The notes: generated by a model not told the origin, from the letters alone. Shown: positions 47,810-57,946, counted from the first letter of the stretch. The stretch is 64,000 bases of DNA from Planctomycetota bacterium (GCA_003669585.1 QWOQ01000007.1:106694-170693); one strand, 5' to 3'. A program made the numbers and translations.

Positions 47810-48346
47810 TCAGGGACGAACGGCAGCCTGTTCGTGGGCAACCATTTCAAGATCATTCTCGAGATACTTCACAGTCCCTTTTGGATCGAGATTGAAATAC
47901 ACGCGACCGTGCGTAATCCAACGATTTCCATCGTGGCGAAACTCTCCCGTTGCCGCCCGCACTCGCGACACAGCCTCGACTTCTTCCATTCCGCCTCCCG
48001 CGATCGCTTCAAAGCTCACTTCGATCGACACAAGAGCTTTCAAGGACCCCGACTTTCGATCACGGGCATAGACAACATCGTCGTCGAAAGAGACATCGAT
48101 CCATCGAAGACCGCGGGGCTTTCCTTGAGCCGCTGCTCGATCAATGAACTTTGCCTCGAGCTGTTCGCGTTGTCTGTGAAAATCTCGCTGAAGACGAGAA
48201 AGCCGATCCGCTTCTCTTGCCTGACGACCCGGACGCAGCAGCAACGTTGTCATGAATGCTGCCAGCGCAGCACCCGCAGCCACAGAAATAATCCACCAAA
48301 GTTGATCCATAAAATCGTTCCGCTCGTTGGCTGCACCTTCAGTCAC
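47810..48346 (-). CDS. Hypothetical membrane-anchored protein
   Basis: 178 aa. One TM helix (LWWIISVAAGAALAAFMTTLLL) followed by a charged coiled segment and a globular C-terminal domain. Preferred over the Ser/Arg-rich antisense ORF 47525-48355. Confidence 0.5.
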   Translation of the reverse strand: MTEGAANERNDFMDQLWWIISVAAGAALAAFMTTLLLRPGRQAREADRLSRLQRDFHRQREQLEAKFIDRAAAQGKPRGLRWIDVSFDDDVVYARDRKSGSLKALVSIEVSFEAIAGGGMEEVEAVSRVRAATGEFRHDGNRWITHGRVYFNLDPKGTVKYLENDLEMVAHEQAAVRP

Positions 48347-48491
48347 GTGTCGTAATACACTGAGAACCGACTGAGATATGAGTCTACGCCTCTGAGATCA
48401 TGTGTCACAAGCAATTCCCTGCTTTGAATGGGACGTGTCTCGCTTTTTCAGAAGTCACGCAACTTTCCTCAGGGCTGATAAACTGTTGCAC

Positions 48492-49424
48492 ATGTCTTCT
48501 CAAACCCATGATTATCCCCTGATCGGAGCTCACCAGTCGATTGCAGGCGGTCTTGACAAGTCTGTCAAACGGGCCGTGGAGACCGGGTGTCGGTGCCTTC
48601 AGATTTTTACGCGAAACATCAACCGGTGGGATACTCCTGCCATCGATCCGGTTGTGGCGAAAGCCTTTCGATCGGCCGTAGAAGAGTCGGGCATTACAAA
48701 TGTCATTGCTCATGACTCGTATTTAATCAATCCCGCTTCAGCTGACGAGAATCTTCGAAACAAATCGATTGATGGACTTGTAATCGAATTAGAACGGGCT
48801 GAGTTGCTCAATATTCGTTGGGTGGTTGCTCATCCAGGAGCTGCCGTCAACGCTCCCGCCGCAGACGCTCTTGTACGAGCAGCGACTGGAATTCGCGAGG
48901 CTCTTGAGCGTACAAGCGGAATGAAGGCCGGAATTCTGGTTGAAACAACTGCCGGTCAAGGCTCGTGCCTTGGTGCGACGTTTGAGGAAATCAGTGAAAT
49001 TCTTTCGCGTGTAGATTCTCCGCGGGTCGGCACCTGCCTAGACACCTGTCATATTTTTGCAGCCGGCTATCCGCTTTGGCCTCCGGAGAGATTTGACGAA
49101 ACGTTCGACACGTTTGACCGACTCGTGGGGTTCGACTCGCTCGTTGCCCTCCACATGAACGACTCGAAGCGAGAATGTGGATCACGCGTTGACCGTCACG
49201 AAGGAATTGGCAAAGGGAAAATCGGTTCGGGGGCATTTGGACTCATTGTCAACCACCCACAACTCTCGCGAGTTCCTATGTATTTAGAAACGCCTAAAGA
49301 AGACGCCTCTGGAAAAGTTTCGGCCGCTTGCGATCGCGACAACATTACTCGCCTGATGTCGCTGCGCGAGCCTCGCTCTCTGAAAACTCAACGATCGACG
49401 CAGACCAAAAGAACGACGGCTTGA
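48492..49424 (+). CDS. nfo: Deoxyribonuclease IV (endonuclease IV)
   Basis: IGAHQSIAGG, CLQIFTRN, AHDSYLINPAS, VVAHPGA, LVETTAGQGSCLG, CLDTCHIFAAGY and LHMNDSK...GSRVDRHEGIGKGKIG are the Nfo metal-ligand blocks. Start taken at ATG 48492. Confidence 0.9.
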   Translation: MSSQTHDYPLIGAHQSIAGGLDKSVKRAVETGCRCLQIFTRNINRWDTPAIDPVVAKAFRSAVEESGITNVIAHDSYLINPASADENLRNKSIDGLVIELERAELLNIRWVVAHPGAAVNAPAADALVRAATGIREALERTSGMKAGILVETTAGQGSCLGATFEEISEILSRVDSPRVGTCLDTCHIFAAGYPLWPPERFDETFDTFDRLVGFDSLVALHMNDSKRECGSRVDRHEGIGKGKIGSGAFGLIVNHPQLSRVPMYLETPKEDASGKVSAACDRDNITRLMSLREPRSLKTQRSTQTKRTTA

Positions 49425-49538
49425 TCGCTCGCCAGATCCATTGATCACTTGAGATTGCATGCACGGCCAAAGTGAAAATAGTTCAAACGTATTCATTCGT
49501 ACATTTGCAGCGCGCTGATGCATGCACTGCAACGGTCT

Positions 49539-50363
49539 TCAGGCAAATGCAACGTCTAGAATCATCATGACCAGAAAGCCACCGATAAACCCCAGCACCG
49601 AAACGTCGGTGTAGCGATCTCGCTGTGTTTCGGGAATGACTTCTTCAACCACAACAAACATCATGGCACCGGCCGCGAATGCTAATGCATAGGGAAGCAA
49701 AGCTTGAATCTGCATTACTGCCAAAGCTCCCAGCACGCCTGCAATCGGTTCGACAATAGCTGACAGTTGTCCGTAAAAGAAACTTGCGCTTCGACTCAAT
49801 CCCTGTCTTCGAAGCGGAATAGAGACAGCCATTCCCTCAGGAAAATTCTGCAAACCGATTCCAATTGCCAGTGCGATCGCCGCGGAATACGTTGCTCCTC
49901 CAATCCCCTGCGCTGCAGCGCCAAAGAGCACTCCAACAGCAAGTCCTTCAGGAATGTTGTGCATGGTAATCGCCAATACTAAGAGCGTTGTGCGATGCAG
50001 CGGAGTTTTTATGCCTTCTTGTTCCTGTATTTGAAAATTGATGTGAAGATGCGGCAGAAGCTTGTCTATGGCAAAAACAAAAAGTGCTCCACACAAAAAT
50101 CCGACTGCTGCCGGCATCCACGGCATCGAGGGATACTGTAGTTCGGCCATTGCAATCGAAGGGGCGAGAAGCGACCAGAAACTCGCAGCCACCATCACTC
50201 CGCCGGTAAAACCGAGCATGGTGTCGAGTACGCCGCGGTGTACGGAGCGAAAAAAGAAAACCGTCGCCGCCCCTAAAGCCGTGAGCAACCAAGTGAACAC
50301 AGTGGCGACCAAAGCGCACTGCACCGGCCCGAGACGCTCAGCAGATTGCAGCAATGAATTCAA
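49539..50363 (-). CDS. zupT: ZIP-family divalent metal transporter (ZupT-like)
   Basis: 274 aa, about 8 TM. Signature blocks HNIPEGLAVG and LQNFPEGMAVS. Confidence 0.85.
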   Translation of the reverse strand: MNSLLQSAERLGPVQCALVATVFTWLLTALGAATVFFFRSVHRGVLDTMLGFTGGVMVAASFWSLLAPSIAMAELQYPSMPWMPAAVGFLCGALFVFAIDKLLPHLHINFQIQEQEGIKTPLHRTTLLVLAITMHNIPEGLAVGVLFGAAAQGIGGATYSAAIALAIGIGLQNFPEGMAVSIPLRRQGLSRSASFFYGQLSAIVEPIAGVLGALAVMQIQALLPYALAFAAGAMMFVVVEEVIPETQRDRYTDVSVLGFIGGFLVMMILDVAFA

Positions 50364-50662
50364 TGCAATTCCACGATTTTTTTAAACCTCTACGATCCTT
50401 GAATTTTCGAAATGTACTGTTCGGCGTGATGATCTGCAATCCGACAGTGAGTCTCCCCTCGCGAGGTGATTCTCAAGAGCAGATAAGAGGACTCTTTCGT
50501 ATTGCATCGATTAAATCGCACTCAAATAACGAAATCCCGCAGAAGATGGTCCTTCATAACCCGTACGTTGACCAATCCGCAGCGCATTCTTATTGTCTAG
50601 GGATGGCAGGGGGCTTGGATTTGTCCCCTAAGAACACTGCTTGCCTGTTTGGAGTCTTGCAG

Positions 50663-51232
50663 ATGGAATCAACCTATTTTAAACGCTTTCGCATGGAAGT
50701 TGACATCGTGGCTGCTCGTTCGGCCATCGGCATTCCCGACGGCTACCGTCTTGTCCCGTGGAACGATTCGCTTCTTGAAATACATGCGAGAACAAAGCAT
50801 CGTTCGTTTCGCGATGAAATCGATTCCATGGTATTTCCCTGCCTTGGTGATGCAGAGGGGTGTCGCCGGTTGATGCAAGAGATTCGTTTGAAGCCTGGAT
50901 TTCTTGCCGATGCGACTTGGCTCATTTCCTGGGGACACAGTCCCGAGGAACTTCAGTGGTGCGGAACTATTCAAGGCATTACAGATCGCAGCGGCATGGG
51001 TTCGATTCAAAATATTGGCGTTGTGCCTGGACACCGCGGTCGAGGGCTTGGCACTGTCTTAATTGAGCGAGCCATCCTCGGATTTCTTGCACACGGAATG
51101 CGTAAAGCAAGTCTCGAGGTTACTGCCGACAATCAGGCTGCAGTCCGACTCTATAGAAGACTTGGGTTCCGAAAGTACAGCACCGTTTACAAGGTTTCAG
51201 AACCAGTGTCATCTGAACCGGCATGCCTTTAG
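50663..51232 (+). CDS. GNAT-family N-acetyltransferase
   Basis: Acetyl-CoA-binding motif A IQNIGVVPGHRGRGLGTVLIERA and LEVTADNQAAVRLYRRLGF. Start taken at ATG 50663 (MESTYFKRFRMEV). The 50354 start would overlap the divergent ZIP gene. Confidence 0.8.
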   Translation: MESTYFKRFRMEVDIVAARSAIGIPDGYRLVPWNDSLLEIHARTKHRSFRDEIDSMVFPCLGDAEGCRRLMQEIRLKPGFLADATWLISWGHSPEELQWCGTIQGITDRSGMGSIQNIGVVPGHRGRGLGTVLIERAILGFLAHGMRKASLEVTADNQAAVRLYRRLGFRKYSTVYKVSEPVSSEPACL

Positions 51233-51305
51233 AAGCCTCTCTACGATACGCGACTTGGTTGATCTACCAGCGTATGGCATTCTCTTTGCGTGAGTTCAAC
51301 GCCCC

Positions 51306-52571
51306 GTGCTGGAGACATCCTTGATGCAGTCGCTTCACAATCACCGCCTTTCCTGCGGTGCAATGCTGCTTGGTGAATCGATGCCCGAAATCGAATCGGC
51401 GGCACTGGCAATTTTCACGCCTTCAGGAGCGATTCACGATCCTCCGCATGGCTGTGGCGTTGCAGCAGTTGCCGGAGAACTGATGTTTCGCGGGGCGGGG
51501 GATCGCAGCGGAAGAAAGCTGATTGACGATTTGGAGGACCTCGGTGCGCACTGGTCACAAAGCGTATCAACGAGCCATTCGCTGTTTAGTGGTGCGATGC
51601 TTGCAAAACATCTTCCGGCGGTACTTCCCATCTACGCTGACATCATCCGACGCCCTGAACTTCCTTTCGGTCAATTTGATCAAGTGCGCGACATGATCCT
51701 GCATGAACTGCGGGCCAGTGAAGATGCTCCAGCCCACCGACTTTTTACGGCGCTGCGGTCAAGCTACTATCCGGATCCGTGGGGACGCCCTGCCGAAGGA
51801 ATCTCAAAAGAAGTCGAGTCGCTCTCGATCGACGATATCCGTCAGCATGTTGCACGTCATGTTCAACCCACCGGAACCCTGATCGCTGTGGCAGGACGTA
51901 TCGACTGGCCACAGGTGGTCGATCAGATGGAATCTCTCTTTGCGGATTGGCATTCCACCAAAGCCACTTCACCGAGTGAAACCGGCACACGCGGAGCGAC
52001 GAGCGGCCACATTTATCACGAGAGTCAGCAGACACATATGGGCCTGATGTGGGCAGCGCCACCCTATTCCAACGAACACTCGTACGAGGCAAGCGCTGCG
52101 ATTGCGATTCTTGGCGGGGGAATGAGTTCGCGCTTATTTCTGGAAGTACGAGAGAGACGGGGCCTCTGCTACAGCGTGTCGGCCGGATACCAAACCCACC
52201 GCACGATGGGAGCGGCTGTCTGTTATTCCGGCACCAGCGCCGCACGATCGCAAGAGACACTCGACGTGATTCTCGCTGAGATACAGCGGCTTCCGCAGGG
52301 CATCCAGCAGGAGGAACTCGACCGCGTCAAGGCCCGGGCCACCAGTTCGCTGGTGATGCAGCAGGAGTCTGTTGGCTCCCGGGCTGCATCGATGGCGAGG
52401 CAGTGGTACCACCTCGAACGAGTTATGCCTCTTGAAGAAGAACTCGCTCGCATTAATCGGATTTCATGCGCCTCGATCGAGTCGTGGCTCTCTTTGAATC
52501 CGCCAACCGATTTAACCGTCTTCTCTTTAGGCGAGAAGGCATTGGAGGTGCCCAGTGCAGTTTCTGCGTGA
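51306..52571 (+). CDS. M16-family (pitrilysin-like) peptidase subunit lacking the HxxEH zinc motif
   Basis: 421 aa with overall M16 layout (SRLFLEVRERRGLCYSVSA is the conserved M16 block). The expected HxxEH position reads GVAAVAGELMFRGAG. 17-nt overlap with the next M16 gene. Confidence 0.8.
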   Translation: MLETSLMQSLHNHRLSCGAMLLGESMPEIESAALAIFTPSGAIHDPPHGCGVAAVAGELMFRGAGDRSGRKLIDDLEDLGAHWSQSVSTSHSLFSGAMLAKHLPAVLPIYADIIRRPELPFGQFDQVRDMILHELRASEDAPAHRLFTALRSSYYPDPWGRPAEGISKEVESLSIDDIRQHVARHVQPTGTLIAVAGRIDWPQVVDQMESLFADWHSTKATSPSETGTRGATSGHIYHESQQTHMGLMWAAPPYSNEHSYEASAAIAILGGGMSSRLFLEVRERRGLCYSVSAGYQTHRTMGAAVCYSGTSAARSQETLDVILAEIQRLPQGIQQEELDRVKARATSSLVMQQESVGSRAASMARQWYHLERVMPLEEELARINRISCASIESWLSLNPPTDLTVFSLGEKALEVPSAVSA

Positions 52572-53814
52572 AGTGCTCCCAAACGGGCTTGAAATCATTG
52601 CCGAAATCACACCCAGTGCGATTTCCACAAGTATCGGTTTCTTTGTGAAAACAGGGGCTCGCGACGAAACTCCTCATGAGGCCGGAGTCAGTCATTTCCT
52701 TGAACACATGGTTTTCAAAGGTACCGAGTCGATGACAGGCGAGGAAATTAATCGCCGCTTCGACGACATAGGCGCCGCAGCCAATGCGTTTACCAGCGAA
52801 GAATACACGGTCTACCATGCAGCAGTGCTTCCCCAGCAACAACGCACGACCGTCGAACTGCTTGCGCCGCTGATGCGTCCGGCGCTACGGGAATCGGATT
52901 TCATCACCGAAAAGTTGGTGATCCTTGAAGAGATTCGCATGTACGACGACCAGCCGCCCTTTGGCGCTGACGATCGTTGTCGCGCAGCCTTCTTTGGCAG
53001 TCATCCGCTTGCATCGAGTGTACTCGGAACCGTTGAGTCGATCGAAGCACTCCCGGTGGAACTCATGCGTGATTATCACCGACGAAGATATTCACCAACC
53101 AATGTCGTGCTCGTGGCCAGTGGAGCCGTTCACTTCGATGATCTTGTTCAAAGCGGAAAGAGTCTTTGCGGTCACTGGGAACCTGTTGATGCTCCACGCC
53201 GTACGCTGCCCGCAGAGCCTCATGGTGGTTTGCAAAATATTGTTCGTACGAGCGCGGCTCAGACTTATATGGTTCGTTTTTCTTCTGGGCCAGATGGTTC
53301 GCATCCACTGCGACATGCGGCGATGCTTTTAGCCAATGTGCTTGGCGACGATTCCGGAAGTCGTCTCTACTGGGAGCTGATTGATTCTGGAGAAGCCGAA
53401 CATGCAGAGTGCCACTACCACGAATATCTTGATGCGGGTGTCTTTGTCACCCAGGTTGGATGTGCTCCAGAAGATGCCGCAGACGTTCAAAAGCGGATCG
53501 AGGAAATTTATGCTCGAGCGATGAAGCATGGAATTGAGCCGGCCGAACTCGAACGCGCACGAAATAAAATAGCTACCCGTGTTGCGATGGCCGGAGAGCG
53601 ACCGAGACAGCGTCTCTTTCAAGTTGGACTCGAGTGGAGTCACTCGGGCCGCTACCGATCAGCGTCCGATGATCTCACTCTTGTCGAACAACTTACGATG
53701 AACGATATCGAACTTGTCATGGCCACCTGGCCCTTAGACAGGCTGGCCATGACACTCATCGCCGGACCTTCGGGCGAAACAGTCAGACGGCCCTTTTCAT
53801 CCGACGGTTCATAG
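52555..53814 (+). CDS. M16-family zinc peptidase subunit (active type)
   Basis: 419 aa. Inverted zinc motif GVSHFLEHMVFKGT (HxxEH), and SRLYWELIDSG. Confidence 0.85.
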   Translation: MQFLREVLPNGLEIIAEITPSAISTSIGFFVKTGARDETPHEAGVSHFLEHMVFKGTESMTGEEINRRFDDIGAAANAFTSEEYTVYHAAVLPQQQRTTVELLAPLMRPALRESDFITEKLVILEEIRMYDDQPPFGADDRCRAAFFGSHPLASSVLGTVESIEALPVELMRDYHRRRYSPTNVVLVASGAVHFDDLVQSGKSLCGHWEPVDAPRRTLPAEPHGGLQNIVRTSAAQTYMVRFSSGPDGSHPLRHAAMLLANVLGDDSGSRLYWELIDSGEAEHAECHYHEYLDAGVFVTQVGCAPEDAADVQKRIEEIYARAMKHGIEPAELERARNKIATRVAMAGERPRQRLFQVGLEWSHSGRYRSASDDLTLVEQLTMNDIELVMATWPLDRLAMTLIAGPSGETVRRPFSSDGS

Positions 53815-53852
53815 AACTAAGATAGGGAATTCATATTGTTCCTTTCTGGGGA

Positions 53853-55403
53853 GTGCCTCGTGGCTCTCCCTCACGAAAAGAATCCACGAGTCTACGGGTC
53901 ACGTGTTTCATGGTTCCACTTTTGGCCAATCGCTGGGCTGTTGCCGTTCCTCCCATCTGGCTTGTTGGTATCGGTGCTCTTCTTGCAGCTCTGACCGTTG
54001 TCGCAGCATGGGGAGTGCTGAAATTGATTGCACCACGAATGGCCGACGAGGCTCAGTCGAGCCTTCGAGATGGTTTTCTTGGGCCGCTTGTCTGGCTTGT
54101 GTTTTCATTGGCTGCCATCGGCATTGCCCTCACGCCTGCAGTGAATGTTGAGCAGATCGGGCGTTCCCTCACACGACTGCTGTTTTCGACAACCACTTCA
54201 AACACTTCGTTTGTGGCTGGACCGAAAGTGAAGCTTGAAAAATTTTTGCTTGAAATCCGTCCTCAAGAAATTGAAGAACTCACTCTTGAAGCCTCCGGGC
54301 CTCTGACAGTTCGTACGGCTCAGCCGATTGAAGGCTTTGCATTAGTCAAACTGCCAGACCTTGACCTCTCTCCAAATATCCCATGGAAATGGAACAAGGC
54401 AAAAGGAGATACAAGCCCGTTTATTGGAACGCGTGCGGAGCTAGAGTTGACCAATGAATCTGACACGCCCATCACCCTCTTGGTAAAGTCTCGAGTGACT
54501 CCAGAGTATCCACAGACTGCGATTCTTCCTTGGACGTGGCTTGTGCTTGTGCTTGTTGTTGCCGCCTACAGCCTCCTGCGACTCATTCCACGGCGTGTGG
54601 CTGCAGTGGCCAGCGCCACTACGAAAGAGGCGATTGGCCAACCGATCTTTTCGGTTGCACTCATTGCGGGCACGGTGTTGCTGATTACTTTTATTGTAAT
54701 CCCTTACAACACCTTTGGTGAAGACGTAAAAATGCTCAAAGACAGCGGCCTGACACTCGTAAAGGTGCTGGCGCTTTTGGTCGTAGTGTGGTCAGCAAGT
54801 GTTTCGGTCGCTGAAGAAATTGAAGGACGAACCGCTCTGACGGTTCTGTCAAAACCAATCAATCGCAGACAGTTTGTGCTCGGAAAATTTGCTGGTCTTA
54901 TCCTTGTCGTGCTGCTTCTCTTTTTGATTTTAGGCAGCGTGTTAATGTTCACGACGAGCCTGAAGGTGGTCTACGATGCCCGCGAAGGTGCAAAGCTTGA
55001 CCCCACGTGGCGAGACTGTGCTGACGAGATGATCACCGTCGTACCGGGCTTAGTGCTTTCGTTGTTCGAGGCGATTCTTCTAGCGGCTGTCAGCCTCGCC
55101 GTCTCCACAAGACTCGGCATGGTTGCGAACCTCATTATCTGCTTCACGGTCTATGCACTTGGACATCTCGTGCCGCTGATCGTGCAGTCGAGCGTGGGGA
55201 AGTTTGCAATCGTTCGATTTGTTGGGCAGTTATTTGCCACAATTCTTCCGGTACTCGAACACTTTACTATCGAGGCGGCTGTTGTGGGTGGCATTCCAGT
55301 GCCCTGGAGCTACCTCGCGTGGGCAGCGCTCTACGCTGGTCTCTATTCAACCGTGGCAATTCTCGTGGCACTTGTTCTGTTTCAAGATCGGGATCTTGCG
55401 TGA
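53853..55403 (+). CDS. Membrane protein with a C-terminal ABC-2-type permease-like domain and a ~230-aa N-terminal extracytoplasmic region
   Basis: 516 aa. SVAEEIEGRTALTVLSKPINRRQFVLGKFAG is the ABC-2/NosY-like signature (E..gT.e.llskPi.R....lGK). About 6 C-terminal TM helices. No ATPase gene adjacent. Confidence 0.55.
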   Translation: MPRGSPSRKESTSLRVTCFMVPLLANRWAVAVPPIWLVGIGALLAALTVVAAWGVLKLIAPRMADEAQSSLRDGFLGPLVWLVFSLAAIGIALTPAVNVEQIGRSLTRLLFSTTTSNTSFVAGPKVKLEKFLLEIRPQEIEELTLEASGPLTVRTAQPIEGFALVKLPDLDLSPNIPWKWNKAKGDTSPFIGTRAELELTNESDTPITLLVKSRVTPEYPQTAILPWTWLVLVLVVAAYSLLRLIPRRVAAVASATTKEAIGQPIFSVALIAGTVLLITFIVIPYNTFGEDVKMLKDSGLTLVKVLALLVVVWSASVSVAEEIEGRTALTVLSKPINRRQFVLGKFAGLILVVLLLFLILGSVLMFTTSLKVVYDAREGAKLDPTWRDCADEMITVVPGLVLSLFEAILLAAVSLAVSTRLGMVANLIICFTVYALGHLVPLIVQSSVGKFAIVRFVGQLFATILPVLEHFTIEAAVVGGIPVPWSYLAWAALYAGLYSTVAILVALVLFQDRDLA

Positions 55404-55668
55404 GCTTTGGCTGGCTGGCAACAACGGTACTGAACTCATGTGATACCAATGAGTTCAGTACAAGAGTGCTCGCCTAGAATATGCGTGCTCGATGGTGTCC
55501 TTGTTCTTCTCTTGCGTGTGGTATTGAATGATGCGTCACGGTGCCGATACTCTTTCATGAGTTGGCACCGTCTTTGAACGTCTCCGATCGTTCACGTGAA
55601 ACTCTCTCGCTCTTCAGAGAAAGTCTCCAAGGCTATTTATAAACTCCTGCGATACGAGGAAACAGATT

Positions 55669-57048
55669 ATGCTCAAAGTCATCACTGGAACTTCGGGCGG
55701 ATATTGTCATGGGTTGTCTCGTCGGAATTTTGTAAAGATCGGTGTTGCCGGGATGGCATCAGCGAGCCTGTCTACCGTTCTTGAGGCCCGCGCTGCATCG
55801 CAAGCCCTCGGCAAACCCGCCAAGGATACCGCCGTCATTCTGATGTGGCTCGACGGTGGTCCTGGACATCTGGATCTCTATGACCTCAAGCCGGAGGCTC
55901 CGGCTGAGTTTCGTGGCATCTGGCATCCGATCAAGACAAATGTTCCAGGCATCGAAATTACAGAACTTTTTCCGCTGCAAGCTCGGTCGGCTGACAAATT
56001 TTCGATTATCCGTTCTCTCCACCATGACAACGGTGATCATTTCACAGCAGCTCACTACATGCTGACTGGTCGCGGTGGCCCGAACGGGAGCAATACCGCT
56101 GGCAAGTATCCCAGTGTCGGCTCTCTTGCATCAAGCGTCTGTGGCGCTCGCAAGCAGGGCATTCCTCCCTACATCAGTGTTCCGTACGCATCGAGCGTGG
56201 GACTTCGTCCGGGATACTTTGGTGGCAACTACCTCGGAGCTCGAACCAATCCGTTTGAAACCGATGGTGACCCCAATGCAGCGAATTTTCAGGTACGTAA
56301 TCTCTTGCTCACGGATGGAATGCCGCTGGGACGATTCGATGATCGCAACGATCTGCGCACGCAGTTAGATCATTTAACGCGTCGAGTCGATTCGAGTGGT
56401 TTCATTGATTCGATGGATCGTTTTCAGAACGAAGCTTTTTCACTCGTATCGAGTGGAGCAGCTCGCAAAGCATTTGACATCGAATCCGAGAACGCATCAC
56501 TTCGTGATCGCTATGGCCGAAATTCATTTGGACAAAGCACACTCTTGGCCAGACGCCTTGTTGAGGCGGGCAGCACATTTGTCACAGTTCATTCTGGTGG
56601 ATGGGACCACCACTGGGATCTTCAAAAGGGAATGGAGACACGATTACCTGAAGTTGACATGGCCGTTTCGAGCCTACTCGAAGATCTTTCAAGTCGTGGA
56701 ATGCTTGAAAAAGTGATGGTTGTTTTGTGTGGTGAGTTTAGTAGAACGCCACGAATGAATAATGGTGGCAATGGTGGACCGCCTCTGAGTAAAGGTACAC
56801 CCGGCCGGGATCACTGGGGCAATGCAATGTTTGCACTCGTCGCCGGTGGTGGAATCAAGGGAGGACGGATTGTGGGAAGTACCGACTCGAAGGGAGAGCG
56901 GCCGCACGATCGTCCTGTCACTCCTTTTGATCTTCATGCAACGATCTATCACGTTTTGGGAGTTGATCCATCGACTCATTTCCTTGATCACTCTGGCCGG
57001 CCTGTGGCAGCAATCGATTCCGGTTCGGTCATCTCAGAACTCTTTTAA
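55669..57048 (+). CDS. DUF1501 domain protein (sulfatase-like fold) with TAT signal
   Basis: 459 aa. SRRNFVKIGVAGMASASL, LMWLDGGPGHLDLYDLKP, SIIRSLHHDNGDH, GGWDHH and GEFSRTPRMN..GRDHW are the typical DUF1501 blocks. Confidence 0.9.
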   Translation: MLKVITGTSGGYCHGLSRRNFVKIGVAGMASASLSTVLEARAASQALGKPAKDTAVILMWLDGGPGHLDLYDLKPEAPAEFRGIWHPIKTNVPGIEITELFPLQARSADKFSIIRSLHHDNGDHFTAAHYMLTGRGGPNGSNTAGKYPSVGSLASSVCGARKQGIPPYISVPYASSVGLRPGYFGGNYLGARTNPFETDGDPNAANFQVRNLLLTDGMPLGRFDDRNDLRTQLDHLTRRVDSSGFIDSMDRFQNEAFSLVSSGAARKAFDIESENASLRDRYGRNSFGQSTLLARRLVEAGSTFVTVHSGGWDHHWDLQKGMETRLPEVDMAVSSLLEDLSSRGMLEKVMVVLCGEFSRTPRMNNGGNGGPPLSKGTPGRDHWGNAMFALVAGGGIKGGRIVGSTDSKGERPHDRPVTPFDLHATIYHVLGVDPSTHFLDHSGRPVAAIDSGSVISELF

Positions 57049-57142
57049 ACAGTCACACGACGCATTGAACACGAAGCGTCAAAAGAGTCACCTACGAATG
57101 GCTATGCGTCGCTTTTTTCTGCGGCGTCGACAGCAGATGTGG

Positions 57143-57946
57143 TTAATACTGAAAACCAGTTCTGCCTGTGACACCGAGCATGGTTGACCCGCTGGAATCA
57201 TTTCCGGGCACACTCCATCGATAGCTCTCGGCATCTTGAACAGCGCGAGCCTGTGCTTTGCCATCCACAAAAAAGGTGAACCCTCCTCGAAAATCTCGTT
57301 CGAAGCGAGGCCCCACTTCAACATCAACCAAATTCGAAGTTGTGGTTTGAGCGAGCGAAGTTCGCATTTCGAAATTTTTACGCAGATCTTCGCCGTCAAA
57401 CGACATCTTCATGGCTCCGCTCCATCGTGCAGGTCCTTCCAGCAAAACCTTTTTGTCGGCAACAAGACCAGCCGAAAGATCGATTCCAATGAAGGTGCTT
57501 TTGAGCATTGCCGTAAGCGGCGAGAGTTGAACGGAGTCAGCTGATGGTCGATCGAGTTCTTTGGGAATTCGTGACGGCGGGCCATTCACCGCCATCTTGA
57601 ATGAAAACTCTTCTTGTTCTTTATCTTTTTGAATCGCTTGCCGGACATGCTTTCCAACGACGCCTGATCCCCCAAAACCGCTGCGTTCAAAGCGACCCAG
57701 ATCGAGCAAGGAGAGGTTCGAGACGAGTCTCTCTACTTCGGAATCAACTTCCGTGGCAGCATCCGCAATGAATTCATGATTCGAGTCGCTGCGAAGAATA
57801 ACCGACTTGCCTGCGGCGAGCATTTCTTCTTCAAGACTTTGCCCGAAAACAATCGTTGACGTTATGAAAGAAAACGAAAATGCACTCACTACGAATAGGG
57901 CTGAAACATATTGTGAATAAATTTTTATGTATTGAAAACGAATCAT
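57143..57946 (-). CDS. Hypothetical secreted protein, possibly an outer-membrane beta-barrel
   Basis: 267 aa. N-terminal signal-like segment (ALFVVSAFSFSFITSTIVFG). The aromatic C-terminal ...GRTGFQY resembles an OMP beta-signal. No family recognised. Confidence 0.45.
   Translation of the reverse strand: MIRFQYIKIYSQYVSALFVVSAFSFSFITSTIVFGQSLEEEMLAAGKSVILRSDSNHEFIADAATEVDSEVERLVSNLSLLDLGRFERSGFGGSGVVGKHVRQAIQKDKEQEEFSFKMAVNGPPSRIPKELDRPSADSVQLSPLTAMLKSTFIGIDLSAGLVADKKVLLEGPARWSGAMKMSFDGEDLRKNFEMRTSLAQTTTSNLVDVEVGPRFERDFRGGFTFFVDGKAQARAVQDAESYRWSVPGNDSSGSTMLGVTGRTGFQY

Noticed and set aside
47525-48355. 276-aa + strand ORF spanning the region of the 178-aa and 69-aa minus-strand ORFs
   Set aside because: The translation is Ser/Arg/Cys/His-rich and low in typical hydrophobic-core periodicity (…SRCRPHSRHSLDFFHSASRDRF…). 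That is characteristic of an antisense read-through of a real gene. The minus-strand products have a clean TM helix and balanced composition.
50354-50662. Upstream extension of the GNAT ORF overlapping the divergent ZIP transporter start
   Set aside because: It would overlap the ZIP gene start (50363) head-to-head and adds about 100 residues with no family resemblance. ATG 50663 gives the typical MESTYFKRFRMEV N-terminus.
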